A stretch of 64,000 nucleotides of DNA, from positions 1-64,000 of the forward strand of contig OZ176058.1 of the NCBI GenBank assembly GCA_964247055.1, in the 5' to 3' direction. This stretch comes from Paragordius varius (Eukaryota; Animalia; Nematomorpha). This document shows, piece by piece, positions 14,201 to 26,905 of the stretch. Position 1 is the first letter of the stretch. Every line of letters starts with the position of its first letter. The notes below the pieces were generated by a model. That model had not been told where the DNA came from. It was given only the letters and a program-made list of their open reading frames with translations, and made no database searches. Position numbers and translations under genes: made by a program.

Positions 14201-16165
14201 TGCCCTCACCTCAGATACTCTTGAATGGAATAAACAGCACTAACATATATGGGTCAGATTTTATTAAGTTTATTAATTGTAAAAAAAGATACTGAGTTAT
14301 TTAATGCACATAATTTTATCTAATTTCTTTTTAACTTTAAGATTAAATAATTATTTGAATTCAATTTGTAGAAATGCATCGGAATATTGTTACGACTTAC
14401 ATGAGCATATATTAAATTCCAACCTTTCCCTTTCAATACAAGGGGCTCCAAAACACATTTTACCAAGTATTATTTGTTTTATTCACATTGTTAACCCCTG
14501 AAATATTGCATAATAAAATTAGTCTTTATTAAAAATATTTTTATAATAGAGTAAAAACTAAAATTATATATAAACGTTAACATATAAAGACAAATATTTT
14601 TTAAAAAAATTAACCATACTTTTTTAAACCTTATTTTCTTATCTAAATTTATAATATATAATTGATTTTGTCATCAATTTACATATCAATTCTAGAATTT
14701 GCAATCTAAACAATGAGTTATATTTTAAAATAGATTTAAAAAAGTATGGTTGTCTTTTGTTAAAAAGTTGTCTTTATATTTTACGTTTTGTCCGTATTGT
14801 ATATTTTGCGATTACGCGGATAGTTGTTAATAAATCAATATAATTAATGATGAAACCATATTTAAATTTCATAAATGTATTCAGGATTTATATGTTGACA
14901 ATAGATGATTCATTCTTTATCATTTAGCAAACTCCAATCCGATTGGTGATGGAATAGGTTCCTTCATACTTTTGTAAGGTTTTTAGAAATATATATTCTA
15001 TTTTTACCGGGGTACAGCAAAAATCAAACGTTCATAAATTCTAAATTCTATTGCTAACTTCAGCATAAAAAAATATTTAGTCTTTTTCATTTTATATTAA
15101 AGGGTAACTTAAATCATATCAGAACATGTAAAAGCGTTAACAATGGGCCTTTTCAGTACTATAATAATTAAAATGTTATGCATTCACTTTGCGATTGGGA
15201 TCGAAATGATAAATGCGAATAGTAGACAAGTTCTATATTTTAATAATTAAAAAAAAATCGCATTTTGTCGCACCTAAGGTCGAATACAACTAATTAGTCA
15301 ACCAAAAATAATTAAAAAATTTAAGTTTATTACTGATAAATAGGCTTTAATATAAATTGGATATTATTAAATAGTTTTCTTAAAAAGAGGTATGACGTCG
15401 ATAGTAGCTATATATTTTCCCCATCATCAGGTATGAGAAAATTTAGATGAATTTATAATTAAATATATTATTATATTAGTAAGATGTATTCGCTATCTTA
15501 TCTCCTGGTTACTCCGATTGGCTTCACACTTTGTGCAGTAATAGCTGTGGTTGTAAGTCTCCTAACAAGTAATTGTAATATCACATACAGTATTAATCTC
15601 ATATACGATCATATTTATAAACCCATGATTTTTTAATATAATCTACCCTTGGAAATGTAAAAAAGTATTCCTAATTTAAACAATTTATTATTTCGCGCAA
15701 AACGATGAACTGTATTTAAAAATCTAGGTAATCTTTTAAAAAATTATTCATCGTTATGTTTTTACTGTCTGTATAAATATATTTTACTCTAAAAAAATGT
15801 ATGATTTTTAGTATACCATATACAATTCAAATTCACCATTAAACAATTCAAATTTACCCTAAAAATAAATTATGTGTTTTCGGGCTAATATAACTCATTA
15901 TTAATATGGAATTAATTCTTTTCACATAGTTTATTATTTTTTCAATATTATTTTAATTTTAGACAAAATTTGATTTTTTAGATATATATAATTGTATAGG
16001 TAATTTTTAAGCTTAGAAAACCTATATTTTTTTAAGGGGAATTTGAACTGTAAATGCTGTATATATTTTCTATACATTATATTTTTTATAGATGGTACAA
16101 AGGATGCTAACCTGAATTTTGATGAGACTTTGCCTCTTCATCCGTGGATTGCTCGGAAACATTAG
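5289..16165 (+). CDS. Sodium:solute symporter, SLC5/SSF family, SMVT/SMCT/NIS-like (SLC5A5/6/8/12 group); 18 exons, 594 aa
   Basis: Exons, all with GT-AG introns and consistent phases: 5289-5422, 5448-5649, 5682-5750, 5776-5827, 5867-5934, 6813-6893, 8273-8349, 10352-10492, 10620-10749, 11187-11275, 11987-12117, 12305-12372, 12847-12933, 14101-14252, 14372-14466, 14928-14973, 15480-15568, 16092-16165 (1785 nt, ending TAG). The protein starts MIYTIAITDYLIIIIFF and contains SSF motifs DYAFIGDRNF..FSLLATQISA..GMPAEFY, YIQRRY, YTSIGGFKTVILTDVFQ, FDPNPT, SVQRY, YRYCDPL, LISGALSTLSSSFNSLAAV, FFLGMFVPWVN and YSLSY. Confidence 0.94.
9452..9612. mobile_element. Fold-back MITE, family 2 (TA-CA(A/G)TATGCATTTTAATG terminus)
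   Basis: Imperfect inverted arms (ggttgtttattttaca..ggcaatttg..tagtgtat / atacacta..caaattgcc..tgtgaaataaacaact). Related copies at about 13545-13640 and 57832-58022. Confidence 0.6.
9644..10225 (+). mobile_element. Non-autonomous Helitron (582 bp) in SLC5 intron 7
   Basis: Starts TCTATATATTTATAAAA immediately after an A (9643) and ends CTAG (10222-10225) followed by T, with no target duplication. Two GC-rich hairpins lie just upstream of the end (GAAGTCC-GAA-GGACTTC; CTCG.GCTGC-GTA-GCAGC.CGAG). Internal ~180-bp degenerate subrepeats (aagtccacaaaaat at ~9836 and ~10015). Confidence 0.88.
13731..13992. mobile_element. Tc1/mariner-type MITE, family 1 (representative copy in SLC5 intron 13)
   Basis: TA|CAGTAAAAA..TATACGGACAAAACGTAAAAATATAAGACAAATATT long TIR with its reverse complement ending ACTG|TA; TA flanks. 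Confidence 0.85.
15816..16057. mobile_element. MITE, family 3 (TA-CCATTTACA terminus, 21-bp subterminal repeats), in SLC5 intron 17
   Basis: Ends tata|CCATATACAATTCAAATTCACC ... GAATTTGAACTGTAAATG. Same family as 46821-47060, ~51587-51834, 53177-53563 and a partial copy at 53928-54090. Confidence 0.7.
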
Positions 16166-16386
16166 ATATATTATATTTGATCAATATTTTTCATATTTTA
16201 ATCAAATATTAAAATAATTTTCATTTTTGTCATCATAATTTTAAACCAATTTTTGATCATTACAATGAAATTTCTTGAAGCAAAAAATAAAATAAAAAAT
16301 TGTACTTTTGTCTTTTTTTATTATTTGAATGAAAGTGAAAAAGTTTAAATTTTTACTTTATATAAAACCAATTGGCCTCAAATATA

Positions 16387-16652
16387 CAGTAAAAATTATT
16401 ATAAGAACAAAACGTCAAATTATAAAGACCATTTTTTTCTACAAGCCAATGATACTTTTTTAAATCTTAATATATATTTATAATCGTATAACACATAAAT
16501 TGCTTATGTCATTAATTTACATCTTTATTTCCTACTTTATAGTTTAAAACAATGAGTTATCATAAAAATTAGGAAAAAGTGTGTTGGTCTTTAGAAAAAA
16601 CTATTTGTCTTTATATTTTTATGTTTTGTCCGTATAATATCAATTTTTACTG
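16387..16652. mobile_element. Tc1/mariner-type MITE, family 1
   Basis: TA|CAGTAAAAATT ... AATTTTTACTG|TA with the family-1 TIR. Confidence 0.8.
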
Positions 16653-17317
16653 TAAAAAATTACAAATCAACACTGTTGTGTTATTAAGATTTTTTGCAAA
16701 GTAATGAGCATATTTAACATATACAGTAAAACTCAAAACATAAGGCGAGAAATGTGGATCATAACGCTAAACTTTATAATGATTTGTACAAGAATAGAAA
16801 AAGATTTGAAAATTGTTGCCAACTCTAATTTTAGGTACTTAATTTTTACATAATCTAAAATTATTCGGAAAACCTATATCCAGCCTATTGTGAAAAAAAA
16901 ATTATTTTTGAATAATTTATGCTATTTTAATTACAATTTTTAAGTCCCTACCTATTTTCTTGGGCACAACCAGCTTGCTGCAAAAGCGATTGCTTAAATG
17001 TTTATTTTTAGCATCGCATCTGAAATAAATTTATCGCCTTTCTTAAACTATTTATCAATTATTAAAAATAAAATGTAATGCTTTTCATTCTATTTTGAAT
17101 ACCTCTAAATAGATTCATTAACCACTTGGCTTATTAATATTGGTGCCCCGTTTTTCACTAATTTTATATATAGAATATTTGTTCAATAAAGTTATTCCAG
17201 ATTTTAATAGATTGGACAAACGTGGAGAATAGCTGGTTTTTAAAATAAAATTCCATTAATGTTTGCCTTTTTAAATAAATACGCTATATGAGGAAAATTA
17301 AGACATTTTATACTCGT

Positions 17318-17348
<31 letters not shown>

Positions 17349-17425
17349 AATTTTTGGAACCAAATAATGGTTTCTCTGCCATAACATATATTTGGGAAAC
17401 AAAAGGCTTATTGGGGTTTATTATA

Positions 17426-17990
17426 CCTTATTTTTTAGAATTTTTAGCGTATTTTAATAGAAAATTTACCTTATTTTTTAGAATATTTAGCGTATTTTTT
17501 AGAATTTTTAGCGTATTTTAATGGGAATTTAACCGTATTTTTAAGAATTTTTAGCGTATTTTAAAGAGAATTTAACCTTATTTTTTAGAATTCTTAGCGT
17601 ATTTTTTTGAATTTTACCTTATTTTTTAATATTTTTAGCGTATTTTAATGAGAATATAACCTTATTTTTTATAATTTTTAGCGTATGTTTTAGAATTTTA
17701 GCGTATTTTTTAAAATTTGGGTATTTTTTAGAATTTTTAGCGTATTTTTTAGATTAGCGTATTTTAATGGGAATTTAACCGTATTTTTAAGAATTTTTAG
17801 CGTATTTTAAAGAGAATTTAACCTTATTTTTTAGAATTCTTAGCGTATTTTTTAGAATTTTTAACGTATTTTTTATAATTTTTAACGTATTTTTTTTAGA
17901 ATTTTTACCGTATTTTTCATAATTTTTAGGGTATTTTAAAGGAAATTTAAGCCTATTTTTTAAAATTTTTATTATATTTTTGGAATTTTT
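17426..17990. repeat. Degenerate AT-rich minisatellite (core TTTTTAGAATTTTTAGCGTATTTT)
   Basis: Many imperfect tandem copies; a shorter version of the same array is at about 43040-43240. Confidence 0.8.
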
Positions 17991-19136
17991 AGTATATTTT
18001 AAATGAAATCCTTTATTTTTCTTGTCATTTTTACATATTTTATTGGAAGTTTTAAACTTTTTTGCCTATATTTTAGACAAAAGGAATAATTATAAATTTT
18101 AAAATTATGTACCACCATCATCAATCAAAAAAGTTTAATTAAAACAAAATTTAGTGCAATTCCTGATATTTAAGCCCAGATTCTGAAAATATCTGCTTTT
18201 GAAAAACGGTGTATTCAAGAAAATCAAACAACCCTTTAACTAATTCACAATGTTTAATAAATTTTTCAAACAAAAAAATCTGGAGTATATAAATATAAAG
18301 AGTCGGAAATTTACAAAATTTTATTCGAATTAGATAGAAAAGGCCACAAATGTAACGTTAATATAACGAAAATTTATTTTTAGCCATATTTTTCAAAAAT
18401 AGGATAGTAAATTCGATGTTCAAGTTGGCAGGAAATAAACTTGATAGATAATTAATTTAACATCTTGAAATTATTTGTTAAATTCTTTAAATCAATTAAG
18501 ATTAGTTTATTCTGTTTTAATTTAAAATTATATTTCAATCCTAAATTAACAAAAAAAGACCCATACGACTAAAGCAAAAAATAAAATCACATGTTTTTAA
18601 CTTTTTTAAACTTGGTTTCCCGCTCTCAAAAATAAAAAAAAAACAAGAAAAATAATTCACATTTTTAGAGATTAAAAATAGTAATTCCACCCAACTAATA
18701 TATATATAAATATAAACAAGTGCAAATTTATTTAAGGATTTCTCGGGATTTCTTCAAGCATCGTACGAAATAGTAACATATAATGAAAACTAAATGTATT
18801 GCAACAATTTTCAAAGATAAAATTTAAAAGTAGATAGAAATCATTTGATTTTAAATTAGGCAACAAAGTAAACATTCTAACATTAGTTCTTTTAGTGGTA
18901 TTAAATGACTTCATTTAACGGAAATATTTTCTAACGATATTTAAATCAAAATCAGCATGCATTTCTATCAATTAACTTAAAACAACATGAAAAATATAAA
19001 ACTTACGGAAATTATTATCCAGGCAAAATCGTAAGGGCAAATGCCTTCATTGATTTCATTTAAGGTCCCAATGCAATTCACAAAGCATCCATTGTCTTGT
19101 ATTAAGTTTTCTAAAAATTAAAAATATTGTATATAT

Positions 19137-19174
19137 AGAGAGGGAACTCACGTGTACTCACGTGTTCCCTCTCT
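19137..19174. other. 11-bp perfect inverted repeat enclosing two tandem CACGTG E-box hexamers (3 identical copies: 19137, 36819, 44420)
   Basis: AGAGAGGGAAC-TCACGTGTACTCACGT-GTTCCCTCTCT, with CACGTG at 19149 and 19159. Confidence 0.75.
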
Positions 19175-20465
19175 TTCTTGTTCTGTCCAATTAAAAAAGT
19201 GCGCATATTCGAGAAATTTCGTTCCTTTTGTTTGTTTCGCCCAAAAAAACACATTTGAAAGATACACAGTCTTTCTTGTTCTTATGCATATAAAAATTAT
19301 AAATACGTAATATGATTATTACTAAATATGGTATTTTGTTTGTTTGTTATATAAATTCCTTTGTATGATGCAATAAAAATAAAAATAAAAATAAATTCCT
19401 TTGTATGATGCAATAAAAATAAAAATAAATTCCTTATGTGCACAAGTCTTAAAAAAATGTGTGTGTATTATATTATGTATTAAATATCCCAAATGAATAA
19501 TTTGAAATTTAAATTTCAGAATAAACATAATAAAACTGCCATCTTATTATTCAAGTATTTTTGAAAATTAGATGTTTACATGAAATATTTATTCTATGTT
19601 TTAATCTATTTAATTAATCAATAAAAATATAATATACCTAGGTGTAAATAATAATTTAGGATTAGTTAAGAAGCAAATTAATTCCTTTTAATTGATTGAT
19701 AAAGTTCAAATCTGTATATTTAGTTTTGAAAGTTAAAATTTAAAGATTTTACTTTAAAATATAAAAAGTGAAAATGTATTTTTATTTAATATAATTATGT
19801 TATAAATCAATCTCACCTTAATTCAAAAATGTTAAGAAAAAATTTAAAATAACATTGTCAACAAACCAAAAATGATTTGTTAGCCAAAAATTATTAAAGT
19901 AAATTATTTTTTTAATTAAGAAAAATGTTTTAAGAATTGAATAAGATTTGTAGAAAGTTGGTTTTTGATTTAATAAGGTTGCCTTTGTAATTAATACATC
20001 TGAAATCATTAACCCATTATTTTATAATCTTTTGATTATTATTGAAATTATTGGTTCGCAAACTAGTAAATTATTGGATATTTAAATAAGTGAAAAATAA
20101 AATTTAAAGTATTAGCCAATCTTATTCCTATGATAGTATTTTTGAAAAGCTAATGCGTTAAAATTATATAGAATCTAGACAAAAACATTGATTAAGTTCC
20201 TAAATAATAAGTTATTATTTAATTTTATGGTAACAATTGAGGTCAACACATAAATCCTACATTTTAAACAATCGCTTTTGGCAACTCATAAACGCTAAAA
20301 TTTTATTAAAAAAAGACAGATCTTTTATTAATTTAAAATTAAAAAGCTGGATAAACAATTTAATGTAGATAATTATCTCAATTAATCTTCTTATCTATTG
20401 GTAATATCGAATATAAATATTTGATTATTATACAAAATTGTCAGATTATTATTAAAATACACCTA

Positions 20466-20576
20466 GGGGTTTCGAGTTTGTGGGCTAGGGTTAGGGTAAG
20501 AGCTTGGAGTTGGTTCATTTTCTTAAAGAAGTCCGCAGGACTTCCTCGGGCTGCGAAGCAGGCCGAGACCCACGCA
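20466..20576 (+). mobile_element. H module copy 1: telomere-like G tract plus Helitron-type twin hairpins, lacking the terminal CTAG
   Basis: GGGGTTTCGAGTTTGTGGGCTAGGGTTAGGGTAAG..GAAGTCC-GCA-GGACTTC-CTCGGGCTGC-GAA-GCAGGCCGAG-ACCCAC. The hairpin 40-mer is nearly identical to the Helitron end at ~10178-10216. Confidence 0.7.
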
Positions 20577-20876
20577 TTTCAATTCAAATTTAATTTTTCT
20601 ATTAATCTTTTAATTATCTACTTAAAAATTACTTTCTAAAAGATGTTATATATTTAATATTTAAAGATTTCAATAACCTACGCCAAGATTTAATACTTAA
20701 TTTTATATTTTACAATAGTTACTCGAATTTCATTAAGGAAGATCAGCAGATATTTTTCTAGTAGCCTTAATAAGGTTGCATCCTGAATTAACTGAAACTT
20801 ATTTTTAATTAAATTTATTAAATAAATTAATATTTAACAAACATGACCACTTACGTTGAATCAAAATTTGTTTTAA

Positions 20877-21457
20877 CACTTGGATCAACACACTCATTAT
20901 AGTCCTTCGATTCAAATTGGGGTAGTTGGATACCCCAGGCCTGTTTAAAATCAAATACTTTAAAAAGTATGGAAGGAATCGAAATCATGGCAAAATTTTG
21001 CACTTATATAACATTAATAAACCGAAATATATAAAAAATTTTATTCAAAAATACTTGTAATTAATTATTTTGAGCTAATACTGAAAAGGTAAAAATTTAG
21101 TCAACGTGACATGTGTCAAATTGGAAAATTAAAAAATACTACAAAATAAACCGCTTTTTCTATTTCTATCGATGTTAGATGTAATTTATATAAAAAATAA
21201 GCTTTAGTTTTACCCTTAAAATTAAATGAGACGATATTTTGCAAAATTTTTGTAAAATAAAAATGACGTCGAAGTAGTTTGTGATTCAACTTTTTTTTCA
21301 AAACAAAATTTTATCAAGATATTTTGGCATATTTATATAATATTTATCAGGATAGAAGCATAAATTTTAATTGGGACCGTTTCCTTTAGTAGTTTTTTAA
21401 AAATTTTAATTTAAATTTAGTCTGGGGTATTTAGATACCCCAATTTAACTCGAAGTG
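20877..21457. mobile_element. piggyBac-type MITE (581 bp) with TTAA target-site duplication
   Basis: TTAA|CACTT ... AAGTG|TTAA, with ~35-bp subterminal inverted repeats containing GGGGTA..TACCCC. The paralogous block at 38461-38480 has the empty site with a single TTAA (aatttgttTTAAacattgtt). Confidence 0.85.
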
Positions 21458-21715
21458 TTAAACATTGTTAAAAACTATAAGTGAAATACTGGAATACTAT
21501 ATAAAGTACGTGTAAAACTTATAATAAGAAAATATCTGATCAGTTAAAAAAATATGCAAGGTTTAATTCTTTGAAAACGGGAACAGGTAAGGATGTGTTT
21601 AATATATTTTAACTCTATGCCCTGGTATAATTTTTACTTTTAACCAACATATACCTAGCATATACATAGAATTGTTTCAATTTATTGTGCCACACATGCA
21701 GGTGCAATACTTTAA

Positions 21716-21822
21716 GGTTTTCGAGTTTGTGGGCTAGGGTTAGGTGAGGGGGAGTTGGTTTATTATCTTAAAGAAGTGTTCAAGACTTCCTAGGGCTGCA
21801 CAGTAGGTCGAGACTCATGCAT
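21716..21822 (+). mobile_element. H module copy 2 (degenerate hairpins)
   Basis: GGTTTTCGAGTTTGTGGGCTAGGGTTAGG..GAAGTGTTCAAGACTTCCTAGGGCTGCACAGTAGGTCGAGACTCATGCAT; the flanks differ from copy 1. Confidence 0.65.
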
Positions 21823-24800
21823 ATTTAGAATAACCTTGCTGTTTTAAATGCAAAACAAATATTTATTTGATAGTTAAAATATTTAAATATATTCTACCAT
21901 TTTTTTGTTAAGTGTATCAAGTGTAAGGTAGCACATCATAGATGAAAGAAAAAATCTATATCTGAAATTCTGAGAAAATTTCATAAATTGTTGCATATGA
22001 ATAAGGTTAGTATAACAAAATAATAGTTTTGACTCTTGCTCTAATAATATTTGCAATTTTAACCCATAAAAATTGATTAACATTTAAACAATTTTATCCT
22101 TAAAAATTTATAATTAATATATATCCAAGCAAGTAATTTTTTAACAAAATATATGATAAAATTCAGAATTTCATATTCATACTACTATATTATATTAGCA
22201 CTTACAATATATAAATTGGATGTTAGTCAATAGCCAAGAATGTTTCTTCAAATTATTATGATGGTTTTACTGAATGTTTTACTAGGGCAAAATATATATA
22301 TTGTATATATATTCAGTGTTTTGTTAGATATCACAATTTTTAATTATAAAGAATATAACATCAACAGATTTTTATTCTAGAATTTATTTAAATGTCATTT
22401 AATTTTTAAAATATCGCTTATGCCAGATGGTACTCATAGATACATGAATTCAAATCCAAAAATTGTGGTTCGCTCATTTTAAGGAAAATTATGCTAAATT
22501 TTTTTGGAGCAGAAAGGTTTTTTATATTTTTTTTATTTTTTATAGATAATTGGTTATGAAAATGCCATATCAATTTAATATAATTTACGAAATTTAAATG
22601 TAATACGTTAAATTTCATACAAGATGTGGGACAAAACCAGGAAAAACTCGTGAGAAAACACGCCGATCAAATCATACATCAGCCACAGCAGTAAGCAACC
22701 ACATCAAGATGCACAAGTGATGAGGACATAACTATTAAAATGTTAAGTATTCAATAAATGCAAACCTATTTTCTTGTAAATTAGTATGCTTATTCAAAAT
22801 ATGACCACACATATACGTTTCGTATTTCTTGAAGCAAATAAAAAAATAATAAATTGTACTTGTGTCTTTTTTAATTATTTGAATAAAAGTACTTTTTGTA
22901 AAAGTTACAGTTCAACTTTATATAACCTAGTTTAAATATCAAACTTAATCCGACTCTTAGGCTATAAACATTTTTACAAACGTAATGAGCCCATTTAACA
23001 TATACAGTTAAACTCAAAACATAAGGCGAGAAATTACGATTATAACGTTACATTTATACGATCTTAGTAAGAATAAAAAAAGATTTAAAAAATTGTTGCC
23101 AATTCTAATTTTAGGTCCTTAATTTTACATAATCTATATGATATCTCTATTGAAAAAATTCTTATTTTTGAATAATTTATGCTATTTTAATTACAATTTT
23201 TAAGTCACTACTATTTTCTAGAACACAACCAGCTCGCTGCAAAAGCTATTGCTTAAATGTTTATTTTTAGCATTGCATATGAATTTATCGCCTTTCTATT
23301 TATCAATTATTTAAAATAAAATATAATGCTTTTCATTCTATTGACCTCTAAATAGATTTATTAACCACTTGGCTTAATGATTAATATTGGTGTGCCGTTG
23401 TTCACTAATTTTATATATAGGATATTTATTCAATAATCGGTTTCCATATTTTAATTGATTGGACAAAATTTCAACTTTGATATAGAACTTAGTTGTTTTT
23501 ATTTTAAAAGATATCGATTTAATTGAATGAATGGGCATCATATAAGGGAAATAAAAACCATTTTTTATTTATATTTTTTTTAATTTGAGCTTAAAATACC
23601 AGAGTTTTAGCTAAATTGGTCAGGTTTATTAATTTTATATTATTTCTGCTGTGTACATTAATGAGAAATAATAGATTACAAATAAACTGTTTTAAATCGT
23701 GGTTAATGCGATATTTAGCGAGGCTTTAGGATAAAAATTAATATAATCCGTCAAAACTTTTATGAAAACAATTACAGTTGTATAAAGACAAAAAAGTTTT
23801 TTATATAATTTTTTAAATCTCTTTAATCGTAAAAAATTCATATTACTGTATATTATATAAATGATTGTGTTACCAATTTTAATGCAATCGGATATATTTA
23901 TATAATATAAATCCAGATTAGAAATGTGTGGGTGTCTTTTAGAAAAAAACATTGTCTTTATGTTCATACGTTTTGTCTGTAATTTCAATTTATTCTATCT
24001 TCGGTCTTAGCTGACTATATTTATTTTAATATATAATAAGGCTGTTAATTATATTATAAAATATTTAGGCATGACTGAAATAAACTTAACAAGTCAATTT
24101 TGTGTTAGAGCAAATATACTGGCATTTAAAATATAATTTTGGATCTATGAAACATGACTAATGTTTGAAGTATATTATTAATATGTTTGATGTTAAAAAC
24201 ATTATTTTATCGTGTTAAATATTTATAAAACCACTATTTTCAGGATGCTATTGTAGAGTGAACGATTTTAAAAATACACAAATCCTAAATTATACAGACA
24301 GTACGTTATAATTTAATAGTTTATGATAACCACTAATAAACATTTTTCTGCAAATATAAGCTATTTTGTATGGTCGCATAATATTGGGACGACACTCAAT
24401 TACATTTTACAATTATCATTATATACGTTATAAATAAAAAATTACAAAATTATGGTTTTCTCTTTAGAATAATTATTTTCTGTTTATATTTATATTTTGT
24501 TTAAATTTCAATTTTTATTATAATAATCTGTAATGCGACTGTTTTATAGACCAATATCAGAGTTTTTATCTCTCCAGCTAATTTTAGCTAATTATAGGCC
24601 ATTTAATTAATGGCTAATTTACTCACGTATGACTTATGTGTTTGACGTAAGTATTTTACCGAAAACAAAACTATTCCAAATCCTCTCATAAATTAATAAG
24701 TTTTCAAATGCATAATTCAACTAAATTTTTATAAATTATTTATTCCACATATTAAATAATAGTAAGTAAAAAAATTAAAAGGACAAAATGTAAAAATATA

Positions 24801-25292
24801 AAGACAAAAATTTTTTTAAAAGACAATCATACTATTTAAATTTTGATATAGTTCAGTATAACTCAGTGTTTTACATGGCTAGTGAAATAAAGATATATAT
24901 TACTTACACAATTAATTCTACATTTTACAATCGTAACTAAATAGCTTATATGAGAAAAATGAAGGTTTTAAGAAGTGTGGTTGTCTTTTAGATAAAAATA
25001 TTTGTCTTTAAATTTTTACGTTTTGTCCGTATAATTTCAATTTTTATAAGTAAAAAGATCAATATTCCAAGTTCATGTTGATTACCAGTAATTATTGTTT
25101 TATATTAAATTATCCCAAAATTGATAAAATTTTTCCTAAAAGGCATTTTCATTTCATTTGACAATGGATTGAATCCATGGCATGTATTCTTTAACTGAGG
25201 TGAAGATAGTTTTAGCCAATTTACTTTATTACAGATTTATATTGAGAAGAATTTATTAAATTGCTTATCGTTAATGCATATCTATATAATTG

Positions 25293-26153
25293 CAGTAAAA
25301 ACTGAGATTATACGGACAAACTTGGAAATATAAAGACAAATATTTTTTTCAAAAAGAAAACCATACTTTTTTAATCTTGATTTTTTAAAATATAACTTAT
25401 CGTTTTAAACTACAAAGTTTAATATAGAAATGTCAATTGGTAACACAATCAATTATTTTTACGATTTCATGTTTTTCAAAGGATAAATTAAGGTTTAAAA
25501 AAGTTTGGTTGTCTTTTGAAAAAAAAATTTGATTTTATATTTTAAAGTTTTGTCAGTATAAATTTAATTTATACTGTAATTAACTCTATTATATAAAAAT
25601 CATAGCGCTTTTAAAGGTTTTCTTATATCAAATGTTGTGTAATAGTTAGTAGGATTGCTTTTGCAATAATTGTCCTTAATTAAACAAACGTTCGCTTAAT
25701 TGCGTTAGTTAATTATAAAACAAACCTTGAAATAATTTTATTTTTTTGGCTTTTTAAGAGGTAATCCCCTATGCAACATGAAAGAATTAACATTAAGGTC
25801 AGGTTTCAAGTGTTTTATTTAAATAGATATCCTTTAGATGTAAATACTGTTACATCTACAGTTTTTTCGCAAATATTACAGTAAGAATTGAATTATACGG
25901 ACAAAACGTAATAGAACAAATATTGTTTTTAAATGACAACCATACTTTTTAAATGTTGATAAATTTAAATTAACTTGTTTTTTATTTCCAAAATAAAATA
26001 TAGAGATGTATATTGGTAAATCAAGTCTATATATTAAAATCGAAATTAAATAACTTTCTGAAAATTAAGGTTTAAAAAAGTATGGTTATCTTTTAGAAAT
26101 AAATATTTGTCTTCATATTTTTACGTTTTTTCCGTATAATTTCGTTTTTACTG
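25293..26153. mobile_element. Two adjacent family-1 MITEs (25293-25576 and 25879-26153)
   Basis: Each has CAGTAA..TTATACGGACAAA at the left end and its reverse complement ending ACTG|TA. Confidence 0.8.
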
Positions 26154-26725
26154 TATTTATAAATGCCCGAAGCCCGTCGTTAATTTTAAGCTAAAAATGC
26201 GGATTACAAAGTAATCTGGAGACTCCTGCAAAGTTACTTTACAAACAGAAAATATTTAAATTATTCCGAAAACCTAATACTAAAATACTATTTTTCAAAA
26301 ACAACCACAATTTTTTAAACCATGACATTTTAGATATAAATTAATAAATTACAATTGTAAAATATGTTACTGTTTTAGTTATCAATATACATTTCCATAC
26401 TTTGCAGTTAAAACAATGAGTTTTATTAAAAACGTCAAATTTAAAATGAAAGAGGTCTTTTCAATAAAATATGTGTCCTTATATTTTTAAACTTTATAAA
26501 AATTTGTAAACGAATAAAAAGTAAGAAAGCACAAACACATTTATTTTTCGATATTTGGTATATATATAAATTCCAAAAATGTTGAATTTTGGCATTTTTG
26601 AAATTAAAAAATGTTGCACACATTGTAAGAAATAATTTTATATATAAATAAATATAATTTGCTATTAAAAGCTTTATGTTAGTAAAACTTATTATGAATG
26701 CGTTTAAAAAGGTTTTGAAAAAATA

Positions 26726-26905
26726 CAGTATGAGTAAGTATATCTTGCTAGAAAGTTATTAATTATTACCAAATAGTTAATACAACAAAGGGCCTATTAT
26801 TGGCGTATAGTTATTTTTCCACTTTTTACTATTATGAGCTAATAATATCGCCCTTTGTTGTATATATTTGGCAATAAACTTTATAGGAATATCTTACTCA
26901 TACTG
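26726..26905. mobile_element. 180-bp fold-back MITE, family 4 (Tc1/mariner-like)
   Basis: TA|CAGTATGAGTAAG ... CTTACTCATACTG|TA plus an internal inverted pair (tacaacaaaggg / ccctttgttgta). Confidence 0.8.

Larger units (their letters stand above)
15480..24600. repeat. Segmental duplication, region I (SLC5 3' end plus ~8 kb of downstream blocks)
   Basis: Blocks recur in 36600-48200: 15480-17420 at 46496-48200; 18235-19110 at 43255-44110; 19130-20870 at 36810-38470 and 44420-46200; 21716-~24600 at 39463-~42480. Confidence 0.85.

Noticed and set aside
20466-20580. H module as a telomerase RNA gene (the minus strand contains CCCTAACCCTA, a template-like 11-mer, within a structured ~110-nt region)
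   Set aside because: It is multi-copy, the would-be template is altered in several copies (21716, 38148, 39463), the hairpins are shared with a Helitron end and have DNA-type GNA triloops, and no pseudoknot or H/ACA box is evident. Small-RNA data showing a discrete minus-strand transcript would reopen it.
20466-20580. H module as a spliced-leader RNA gene (about 110 nt, GGTTT start, donor-like GG|GTAAG or AG|GTGAG after ~30 nt, ATTTTC resembling an Sm site)
   Set aside because: The donor and Sm-like site are not conserved across copies, the Sm-like site precedes both hairpins instead of lying between them, and the fusion to SLC5 exon 17 does not occur at the donor.
20421-20639. ORFs at 20421 and 38103 running through the H module
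   Set aside because: They start at alternative or weak codons, are frameshifted relative to one another downstream (38103 copy), and have no protein similarity I recognise; only the 46401 fusion is kept as a candidate.
22400-22730. Protein-like snippets (MPDGTHRYMNSNPK; SATAVSNHIKMHK), duplicated at ~40100-40420
   Set aside because: Short, closed by stops, and no spliceable model or recognisable domain could be built.
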